Positions 21,712-32,299 of a DNA stretch of 64,000 bases are shown in pieces. A program made the translations under genes and the position numbers. Origin of the DNA: Takakia lepidozioides (taxonomy: Eukaryota; Plantae; Bryophyta); NCBI GenBank assembly GCA_030704615.1, contig CM060733.1, positions 18,476,001 to 18,540,000 on the forward strand. Reading direction: 5' to 3'. Positions within the stretch are counted from its first letter, which is position 1, and each line of letters starts with the position of its first letter. The notes under the pieces are model-generated. The model was not told the DNA's origin. It did no database searches and worked only from the letters and a program-made list of their open reading frames with translations.

Positions 21712-24700
21712 AAGCAAACCAGGAATGCTTTGCTCTTAGCAAGGCTGACTTGGGATACTGCAGTGAGGTAGAACACACAATTGACACACAAGGTTTTCCC
21801 CCTTGCAGAAGTCGTCCCAGCCGCCTATCAGAATGGGAGGAAGACGAGGTCCAAGGACAAATTGAGACTTTGATCTCACAAGGCAAGATGAGAGAGAGTA
21901 GTTCAGAATGGTCGTGTCCAGTTACCCTTCCACCAAAAAAGGATGGATCCAAGCGGTTTTGTGGTGATTTTAGGCCAGTAAACCGTTTACCAGAAGGGAC
22001 TCTTACCCTATGCCATTAATTCAGGATGTTTTAAACCAGTTGGGGAAAGCCAAGTGGTTTTCTGCGCTGGATTTACAATCTGGTTTTTGGCAGATCAAAA
22101 TGGACGACCGAGACATAGGCAAAACAGCAGTGATCACAAAGAAGGGATTGTATGAATGGCTAGTCATGCCATTCGGGCTAAAAAATGCCACTGCTACCTT
22201 TCAGAGAACAATGAATAGAGTGCTCAAGGAAGAAATCAAAGATTGCGCTAAGGTTTTTGTAGATGACGTCAATATCCATAGCAAGGACTGGGGAGATCAC
22301 GTGGGACATATAAAGAGAGTATTGAGCAAGGTTAGAAAGGCCAATCTTAGGCTCAATCCGGACAAGTGTTACTTTGCCAACTTACAGTTGGTATTCCTTG
22401 GGCATGTGATCTCTGAAGAGGGAACGTGGCCTGATCCAGATAAGATAGCTGCTATTGAAAGGTTTCCCTTGCCCAAAAACCACACTGCTCTCAAAAGCTA
22501 CTTAGGCATGACAGGGTACTATAGGCCCTATGTCAAAGGATATGCTGGAGTGGCAGTACCCTTGTTCACTCTAACCAAGAAGGATGTGAAGTTTATCTGG
22601 AGTGCAGAGGCACAAAACGCCTTTTCTGCCTTACAGGTGAAGTTGGTAACTGCTCCCATCCTGGCAAGACCAGATTTCTCAAGACCGTTCGTCTTGGATG
22701 TTGACTGGTCCATCAAAGGAGTAGGGGCAGTCTTGTCACAAAAGGAGTATAAAAAGGAGAGGGTCATTGCATACGCCAGTAAGGTACTATCTGATGCTCA
22801 GCGCAAATATCACCCTATGGAAGGTGAATGCTATGCCCTGGTGTGGGGAGTATTACACTTTCGGCAGTACCTGTATGGAACCCCTTTTGTAATCAGGACT
22901 GATCACAAACCACTGGAGTGGTTGGCAACGGTAAGTGACGCATATGGACGCAGGGGTAGATGGATCATGATGTTACAAGATTTTGAGTTTAAAATTGTTC
23001 ACAGAGCAGGTGCTAGGCATGCTAACGTAGATGCACTAAGCAGGTATCCAGTGGGACCAGCTGAGGAAACCGAGGAAATCGAGGTATACTCTACTTCTCT
23101 GTACAGTCAGAAAAGAGAAGGGAGAAAGAGGGATGGAGCCTATCTTCTTAAGCTAGCTTGGGATAGGGGTGCCATCAATGCTTCGTTATTTCAATTTAAG
23201 GAGGGGAAGGAGGAGTTGAGAGAAGAAGCTCATAGGCAAGTAGGGTATAGCAGTGAAAAAGGGGAGATGATTTGCAAAAGAGAAGAGTACTATGCATGTG
23301 TATGGGGCCTTTGGCACTTCAAGAAAATACTGTTGGGAAGTCATTTTTCTTTGGAAACAGATCTAGATCCATATTGGTGGCTATACTCAGAGCACCACAT
23401 AGGCATAGACTTACTTGGTGACTTTTCATTTGAGTTCGTTCCGGGCATAGTAAGATCTTCCACAGGTGGAATGTTGACCAAGGATCATGGCATATTGAAG
23501 GGAGAACTGAAACCAGGCATAATGCCAGATGGAGAAGGAAAGAGGGTGACTTTTGCTGCACAGACTTTTGCTACAAAAAAAAAACAAGGAAAGGGTATTG
23601 ATCAATCAAGCTCTGTCAATCTGGTGAGGGAGGGTATTTGGAAGGATAAGGGTGCAGGAAGGATAGAGGCTACTGCAATCAGCAACAAGGAAAGGGAGCA
23701 TCTGATGCCCTCTTGTCCCACCATCCATGTGATTACCCGAGGATCTCGTGCTCGTGATAAGGAGCTAAGCGAGGTACATCCAGCCTGTGAACTTGTGGAA
23801 GAGAGATCGAACAATGAAAAGGGAAGCTTGCAAGAGACACCATTCCTTCAACACTTGACAAGCACTCCAACAACAAGAAGAACGCGGGTGACTTCCTCAT
23901 CAGAATGCCCAGCCAAGGAAAACATGGGGGGTGAGTGTTCCACCAAGACGTTTTGTTCTTCAGACAGTGATGGAACAAGTGGTTCAGAACAAGACACTTC
24001 TTCTTGCAACAAGATTGATGAAGGGGACTGGGTACCATGGACCGCACCCACCAAAGCTACTCAGATGTCATTATTACGTGAGGCTGAAAGATGGGGGAAA
24101 AGCTCTCTCATCAGCTCTGACCATCATACAGCAGCTGTTAAGGAGGAAAGGCAACCTGATGTGCTTGATGATGTGGAAGTCATGCACCTCTTATGTTTTG
24201 GAGAAGTCAATGACTACCTGACAAAAGAGGAGAGCAAGAGAGCCAAGAGGCGGGCAAGGCAGTACTCCTATCTCAAAGGTGAGGTCTACTTTGATGGAAG
24301 GGTAGTTCCACCAAGAACTGACAGAGGGGCAATAATCACTGAAGTACATGAAGCCACTGGCCACTTTGGAGTCAGAAGAACACAAGAGGAGATATGCCGA
24401 CGTTATTTCTGGCATGATAGAACAAAACTCATCAGGCAAGTACTCAAGGGCTGTGGTAAATGTCAGATGGCCAAACAGAACGGAGTGTTGCGCTCAGGTA
24501 GCTCAAAACTTCACAGCATTCCAGTAGTGGATCTGTTTTTCAGAGTTGCAATTGACACGGCAGGACCATTACCTATAACCAGCAGGGGCAATCAGTACTT
24601 TCTGGTGGCAATCGATCACTTCTCAAAATGGATAGAAGCTGCACCAGTGGCAGATCATACAGCAGCCCTTGCTGCCCGCTTTCTTGAGGAAGAAGTAATT

Positions 24701-25465
24701 GACAGGTATAGCTGCCCACATACGTTGCTCACTGACAATGGCACAGAGTGGGGAGGTGAGTTTGAAGATACATGCCACGAATACGGTATAAAGAGGGAGC
24801 ATAGCGCCCCCTACTGGCCTCAGTGTAACGGTATGGTGGAAAGGGTCATTAAGTCTCTCAAACAGAGCATCACCACCCTAGGAGTTGGAAACGACACTGA
24901 GTGGGATCAGAATCTCTATAAGGCCCTGTTTGGTTACAGAATGGGTGTCCATGCTTCCACTGGATTCTCACCTTTTCAGGTACTTACTGGTAGAATTCCC
25001 AGGCTGGGAATTGACAACAGGTTGCATTTTCTTACAACACCAGTAAATTCTGATGGATCTGTAGCAGAGGTCACACTTATGATGCAGCAGAAAATCCAGC
25101 TTCTCACAGAGATGAAGGCAAAGCTACGAAAGAGTGTGAAGAAAGGGCAGCGTCAACAGGCAAGAGATTATGAAAGAAGGCATCAAACAGGGCATACCTA
25201 CTGCACGTTGATGGAGAACAGCAAGGTAATGATGTTGAGGCCTGGAAAGAGGTCTTCCATGACATCTCCATGGGAGGGACCCTATGACTTTTTGGGATAC
25301 AAGGATGCAGGAAGCACAACCAAGACTGGAGAAGCTGCACGAAGATGCAGGTTGAGAGATGGAGCAGACAAGGAATGGGTAAGAAGTAGGAGGGATTTAA
25401 AACCCTTCATACCACCAATAGGTGTTCAGCCGTTAAAGGTGGTCAGTGAGGACCCTGACACTTAA
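21690..25465 (+). pseudogene. pol: Pol copy 2 with a 1-bp deletion near 21988 (real or a sequencing error)
   Basis: CGTTTACCAGA vs CGTTTAACCAGA in copy 1; otherwise the same protein. Confidence 0.9.
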
Positions 25466-25495
25466 AAAAAGGAGACACACTACATATGTAGTGTG
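25464..25495 (+). promoter_or_regulatory. PPT plus 20-bp att-like palindrome, copy 2
   Basis: AAAAAAAGGAGA CACACTACATATGTAGTGTG. Confidence 0.9.
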
Positions 25496-27885
25496 AATGC
25501 AGGGGGTAAAAATTCAAGTTTTTGTTTGGCATCAGGTTTCGGCACTACTACAAAGGGAGTGCCCTTCGTGCTAATGAAGGGGAGGAATTGTCCATAACTT
25601 GAGGTAATTCCATGGAAAGACTATGCTATTGATCTGCCAAGAACAAAATATGGCTAAGTTATGACATGCACCTTTTTCATCCCTAGGATGAATGATTTTC
25701 ATCCATGATGTTGAACCCTAGAAGCAGGATGTGAAATTCGAAGGGGAAGAGTGCGTGTATCTTTTCGCAGCTGCTGCAGTGGTGTTGGCAGCACAGATAT
25801 CTGAGAAAGTTCCACCTACGCAAAGGGTATCAGCTTGCTTTTAAGAAAAACGTTAAGAGCTCCTGCTTGGCTTTCTGTGCAAGAAGAAGCGGTGCCGCCT
25901 TCTTCGTAAGCAATGATCAAACCTGAGGGATCAGGTTTGTGATAAGGGCGGTGCACCACTGCTGTCGCCATTGTCTTGATGAGCACATTAATGAGGAGAT
26001 GGAGCGGCTCAGCAGGTGTTGGGGGATGAGAAATGCAGGCTGGTGTGTATAGCGCCTCAGGTTGTCTGTGATCAAATCTTTGTAGCTGCTGTCTATTTTT
26101 GAGCTTTAGGACCAGATCACTTTGTAAGGGAAGAGTGTAAGCATCTTTTCGCAGCTGCTGCAGTGGTGTTGGCAGTACAGCATATCTTAGGAAGTTCCAC
26201 CTGCGCAAAGGGAATCAGCTTGCCTTAAAGAGCGACGTTAAGGGATCTGGCTTGGCATTCTGTGCAAGAGGAAGCGGTGCCACCTTCTGGTGTGTATGGC
26301 GCTTAAGCTATCTATAATTAAGTTTTGTATCTGCTCTCTGTCTTAAGGGCTGTAGGACCAGATCACTTCATAGGGAAGAAATGCACATGTAGAAGGATAG
26401 GGTAGAGGTTGGCAGGCACAAGGATGTGCCAGCAGCTGAAGCAGAGCCGTCATGCCTTAATGAGGACTGGAATCACGATAAGAAGAAACGTCGGAAATGG
26501 CTGACGAGGGAGAGGACAAGGTGCCTTCTTGACAGGCAGACCCACCGCTTCAATGAGTATAAGACAGATAAGTTTGAAGAGTGGTCCCCCTTTTTTTGGT
26601 GACTTAGAAATCGCTTTGTGAAGTTTGGACTGTCTCTTGTATGTAGTAAGAGACACTGACATGTGAGGAAGAAAAAGAGCTTTGGAAATGGAATGAAGAC
26701 ACTGGACTTCAAATCAGGATGGACTGGAGATGGATGCACCTGCTGTTACATTGTACAGTAGGAAAAATGAATGGAAACAGGGTTGATTCGTTGCTGGGAC
26801 AGAATGGTTGCTGCTGTTGTATTCTTGTTCTTTGTTTCAGCGTCATGAGCTTGTACAAACAATCTAGCCTGGGATGTTGACACATTGCAGTCAATGTGGA
26901 ACTAGCTTAGTAGGTAGAGGAAACCAGTGAGAGTTAGATAGAACTGTTTGGAAACAACAAGAAGGGATGATGTGGATGGGGCAGAAAAACCAACATCTGT
27001 TTGGGTTTGGATCTGATTCTCAGGGTGCTCTCAGCATGTGAACCACTGAGGTTCACAGTTGATGGGAAAAAGAGAGCTGTCAGGGTGTGTAAATTGAGAC
27101 CTGTAGAAGGGTGGAGAGCTGTCTTGGGCAAATGGCTACACCTGGGAAAAGTGGAGTGTGAAGCATCTGTCATTGGCAAGAGAGGGACTGATAAAAGGGC
27201 TGATTATATCTTGTGTGACCAAGGTTGATTTCAATGCTGGGTGCACTGGATGCTTGGCTGAATGCGCATTGCATTGCATCATAGACATGCTACAGTGGAA
27301 AGAGTGAGGAACCTACTCACCCTGAAAGAAAGAGAGAGGGAGAGAGAAAAGGACATAAGGGAGAGAGCTGACCAGCAAGAGGGGATGGAGAGGAATGGAT
27401 GATTGGGGCGGTAAGATAAAGAAAGCATGAACCCATGAAGGGCCAAACTGGTGGGCCTGCAACTCATGGCAGATCTGAGTTGCCTCCTTCTAAATCGTGA
27501 TCTTATTACAAAGGGGCTTCCACGTGTTGCTGACCAAGGGAGCTGCCCACAAGGGCAGTGGTCATCACTGACGTAGGGCTGGTTGCATCACTGAAGACAA
27601 CATGGTAACATGGCTGGTGCAGTGTACCAGGGAGAGGATGTCGTGTAGAAGTAGAACCACGGGTGAAAACAATACAGACTCCCCCATCCATGTCTTCTCT
27701 TCCGCTGCGGCGTGGATGAGGATTGTGTGAACTCTGATCATGAAGGACCTGAGGGAAACCCACACCGAGTGACGATGGTTGGATCACTGAGAGGAGAGCT
27801 CCTTTCCTTCCCTCCAATTGACCTGGGGAGGAGCACAACTAGACTTGCACAGAAGGGGATTCACGCCCCTTCTTTTCACACTACA
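25487..27885 (+). repeat. Family A LTR 3 plus a terminal 10-nt extension TCACACTACA
   Basis: LTR body ends at 27875, followed by T+CACACTACA and then the TSD. Confidence 0.95.
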
Positions 27886-27909
27886 CAGGGTTCTCTTCAT
27901 TACTATCTG

Positions 27910-28017
27910 ATGCATGTCATCCACGACAATCAGATCTCCCACTATCTGACCGCAAATCTGAAGATGAATTTTGCCTAAGGAATCAGCCTTATTGGTCCCC
28001 TTTCATAACTTGGGGTG
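27910..28017 (-). repeat. Partial duplicate of the LOG exon and its upstream intron
   Basis: Near-identical to about 28250-28359. Confidence 0.85.
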
Positions 28018-28200
28018 CCTAATTCCAGCTTTTGACGATGTAACATGGACTTCTTTGCTCTTTTCTTCTAAGGTTGTAGGGCTCGCCCTTTGGCATAGAT
28101 GGGCCCAAGGCAATATTCAAATAAATGGCATCTGCTACAATCCCGTGCAGCTTCTTCTTGTATCTATATTTAGCTATATTTTTTGATACTTTCAGCCTGC

Positions 28201-28300
28201 CTGGGAGAGCAATAAATCCATCAGCCTCACGGGCCATTTAAGCTTTGCGCTGATGCATGTCATCCACGACAATCTGATCTCCCACTATCCGACCGCAAAT
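28201..28300 (-). pseudogene. LOG: Isolated exon of a LONELY GUY cytokinin-activating phosphoribohydrolase
   Basis: After an AG acceptor: [33 protein letters not shown] (LOG motif MHQRKAEMARxADAFIALPG); in-frame TAA. Confidence 0.88.
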
Positions 28301-28885
28301 CTGAAGATGAATTTTGTTTAAGGAATCAGCCTTATTGGTCCCCTTTCATAACTTGGGGTGTGTATGGAGAGAGCAGTAAGTACAAGTAAAATTCCTACAG
28401 AGGTGGGAGGCAATTGGGGTGTAGAAGGCTATGGGATGGGGCAATTTCCCCAGCATATAGTAGGATATGTCACATTCAAATGTATTATTGTGGGTTGTGT
28501 AGAGAAGTAGAGTATTGATGTTCGAAAAATATGAACAACGTTGTAATGCCACCACTTCCATCTCAGGTAACCAGTAGACCGGAATAATATGTGTAAGGGT
28601 AGAATATAATGTCGGGCACCAGTCATGTGGTAAATGACATATAGGTATGTTCAACTTATTCAATTGTCCAAGGTGTGCGGACCGTCGATATTCCAAAAGC
28701 TTGTAGGAACCGAGTTGGTCATTGCCAGTTCGAAAGGAAAAACTGGAGAGCTGTATTTTGATTTGTGCTTAATCAACTGTTCAAGGGTGTGTTGACGATA
28801 TTCTAGCAGCTCGATCAAGAGCTTGTAGGAACCGAGGTGGTCATTGCAAGTTCGAAATGAAAAACTGGAGGGTTGTCTATCAAAC

Positions 28886-30160
28886 GAGGAATGCTAGATC
28901 GTGAGCTTGTGAGCCCAGCAAGGCTCACGTCACGTCATGTGTTAATTTTGAACATACATGACGTATTTCCGTGGGAGGTTCCTATTTTTGCGGAATGAAT
29001 TTCTTTTTTTAGTCATTGCAGACTTCACCTTTATTATACATCCCACCCCTGAAGTTTGAAATGTTGGCAAGGAGCTGATGACTTGGTCTTTGTGGCACGA
29101 CAGAATAGGAAAAATGGACGTCCGTAGGTGCAGTAAGGGTTTAATGACATCTTCTGGATTGTTACTCTCAAGTTACTCTTCTAAAGCAAAACGACCTTGC
29201 ATCATTTTTTCCCTGACAAAGCAAACAAACGTTGCAGTATAGGTCATTATGGTTCATCCCACTCATATGTAGCTGCATTTGCTTGCTTTGCCAGGAAAGA
29301 AGTTTGTTTGCAGACCCTATACTTCATCGTGCCTTAGGCTTCCTTTGGCATTTGGGTACATGTCGTGAACGATCATCAGTTTTTGGAGGTTTTTATTTTT
29401 ATTTTATTTTTTTTCGCATTTGACATTTGGGTAGATGTCGAGATCATCATACGATCATCACTTTTCCGAGTTTTGTTTTTGTTTTTTTTTTGTTTGCATT
29501 TGGCATTTGGGTACATGTCGTGATCATCGTCAACGATCATCAGTTTTTTTGAGATTTTTTTTTATTTGTTTTTGTTTGCAGTTGGCATGTGGGTACATGT
29601 CATGATGATCGTCGACGATCATCATTTCTGCTCTGATTTTTGTTTTTGTTTTTTGCAGTTGACATTTGGGTAGATGTCGTGATGATCGTCAACGATTAAC
29701 GTCACTTCTGCTCTGATTTCTGAGTTTTTTTTATAAAAAATAAAAAATATTTTTTTTTGGGTGGATGTAGTGATGATCGTTGACGACCATCACTCCATAT
29801 AAGTATGACACACTGATACATTTGAGTAAGCGCCTCACTGGACATTTGTACCTCTGATTGATTGCAAGCATTTTTATAGGAATTCAAGTGAAGGCGGTCT
29901 ACATTTCAAATCTATCGTGTTGGTCTCTCCTCTTTTTCTACAACCATGTCAACCATGTTACATGGTAACCATGTTTTTCCACGATAATTTTTCCATGGCA
30001 ATAGGTCCTCTATCTGCCATCCTCGCCTATAGGGCCTACTTTTCCACAAGCTTTCGTTGCGCTCACGCTTCGGAAAACGTGACCTCAGCTCACGCTTCTA
30101 GGCTAAAGCGTGAGCTCAGCTCCCAGGCTCATGGGGCTGGGCTCACATTGTAGCTACGCT
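28886..30160. mobile_element. Degenerate non-autonomous TIR element (possibly Mutator-like)
   Basis: Ends GGAATGCTAGATCGTGAGC / GCTCACATTGTAGC with GTGAGC repeats; candidate 11-bp TSD GTCTATCAAAC / GTTTATCAAAC; a related end lies at 49032-49100. Confidence 0.45.
29345..29797. repeat. About 78-bp tandem array, six units, each with a palindromic core and a T-rich spacer
   Basis: CATTTGGGTACATGTC-GTGATGATCGTCGACGATCATCA-like units. Confidence 0.85.
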
Positions 30161-30407
30161 GTTTATCAAACCAAATCTCGATGAATTATCACATGATAGA
30201 ATAATTATGGGGCCTACATACCTTATGGGGCGTGAGGGCCTTCAAGAAAACCTTGCCCTGCAAATTGGGCGAAGGACAAAATACCCCCTAGGAAAAAACC
30301 CCAATTGCTACATGTGGTGCAGAAGATTATTATGAAAATCGAACTATTCTAGAGAAAGCTACTGTAAACACAAAACAGTTGCAGCAGATGCTTGAAAAAG
30401 CCCGGCT

Positions 30408-31578
30408 TCACTCAATTGCAACCTCCTCCACATGGTTGTGACGTCCACGAATGGGGGTGATTATCGCTTGTCTATTCTCAGTGTTCAAACATGTGAGATC
30501 AAAATTTATGGTGCAGGGAACCAGCAAAGAGACATAAACAGAATTGGGCAAATGAGGGGTAAAGTCACGTTGATGCAACAATACATATTGACGTCCTGAC
30601 AAAATATATTCAGTGATCAAATAAGGACCGTCAATACGAGAACGACTTGCTTACCTGACTGCAAACGAACACAAACAGATTGACCAATGCGAAAAGATTC
30701 AGAGAATACTACCCGCCGGTTATAATTTTTAGGCTAGGAAGCCTAAGCCAAAACAATGTTAGACTTGGCAGTTTCCCTCAACATGCACTGCCGTGCATGC
30801 AAATCAAGCAAGAATTGTTCACAATTTTCAGGCTCGGTGGCTGAAACCTGCAACCAGGAGATGTGCAAGGGAGACCTGCATTTTCTGCCATATAACAATT
30901 TAAAGGGAGAAATCTTGGTACTGGCGTGAATAGAAGTCATATATGCACACAATATGATGGGAATAACTATATGTCATTCATCAATTAATGTCTCATTCTT
31001 TTCGAGCATTTGACACATAGTTTTGTTAAATCTCTCCGTCAAGCCATTGTACTGTGGGTTACAGGGTGCCGTCATAACATGCTTCGTGTTCAAGTTAAAA
31101 CAGATAACTTCCATCAATTGGTTGCAGAATTCATTACCTTGATCCGTGAGGATCTGGAGAGGGCAACCATGTCGTAGGATCACCTTATCAAAGAAAAATT
31201 GGATCACATCATCACTATCCTTAGCAACCAGTGGCCGGATTTTCACCCATTTCGTCAGGTAGTCCATAGCTACAACAAGGTAAGCATGGCCCTTAGATGT
31301 GGATTTCAAAGGTCCAACAATATCTAAGCCTACCCGTGCGAAAGGCTCAGTCACAGGGATAAGTTGTCATGGCAATGGGGCTTCGGTGCGAGGCAGGATG
31401 GTCTTAGCACGACAGGGTCATTTTCCAATGAAAAATGAAACGTCTTTGACTAACCATTTCCAATGATACTGTTCTTGCAACCTCTTGACAGTCTTTGTCA
31501 CCCCAAGATGACCAGCAAACGAGGAAGCATGGTATAATTCAAGCAAGCCACGCACATCGGACCTAGGAGGAACTTCAT
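30408..31578 (-). pseudogene. Ty3/Gypsy integrase fragment
   Basis: HASSFAGHLG, PFARVGLDIVGP, LTDQGNEF, NGLTERFN, SPFKLLYGR; stops and frameshifts. Confidence 0.9.
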
Positions 31579-31602
31579 TTATATATATATATATATAGAT
31601 GT

Positions 31603-32225
31603 ATTTTCAACGACCCAAAATACTTGAAATTCCATATCTCCCACATCGCAGGTCCAAAAAATTATAAAACCAAGTCGGTGTTGGGGCCCCACGGTACGAA
31701 GCACCCGGGTTGGGGCTCCACAGTTCGGGACATCTCAACATGACAAAACAAACAAACAAACAAATGTCTCGCTTCAAACAAACAAATAAACAACCTTGCT
31801 TCATATATTGAAAAATCCAATTTATTTTTCCATGAAATTATTGAATAGTATCATTGTTCCAACTTCCAACAAAGCCCATTTTGCTATTTTTGCAATCTCC
31901 CCTGTTGAGGCTTCATATATTGATATATCCACTTTGCTATTTTTCGCGAGTTTACAGCATCTAAAAGCACTTAAAATTCCAAATCTCCCACATGATGGGC
32001 CAATCATAGTTCCAGGAAAGCCCACTTTGCTAATTTTTCACAAATTTTCAGCGACCCAAATGACTTGAAATTCGAGATCTCCCACACCGCGGGTCCAAAA
32101 ATCTTGAGACCAAGCCGGTGCACCCCTCCTCATCGAGGGCTCTCTAACGGCACCGGGACTGGGCCCCGCGGTTTGGGAGATCTCAACGACGCTATAAACA
32201 AAACAAAACAAAACAAGGCTTGACA
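31603..32225. repeat. Two diverged direct repeats of about 190 bp ending in (CAAA)n
   Basis: 31603-31795 vs 32043-32217. Confidence 0.65.
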
Positions 32226-32299
32226 TACACTTAGGCCTTGCCATCTACATAGATAAAACATAAATTTATAACTTGTAGATATTATACCTATATAAACTT

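Larger units (their letters stand above)
7534..27885 (+). mobile_element. Ty3/Gypsy (non-chromovirus) LTR retrotransposon family A, tandem dimer with three LTRs
   Basis: Termini TGTAGTGTGAA...TTCACACTACA (11-bp inverted repeat), TSD CAGG at 7530-7533 and 27886-27889, domain order gag-PR-RT-RH-IN present twice. Confidence 0.96.

Noticed and set aside
29345-29797. CRISPR-like array
   Set aside because: Spacers are low-complexity and similar to one another, the repeats are degenerate, the context is eukaryotic and there are no cas genes.
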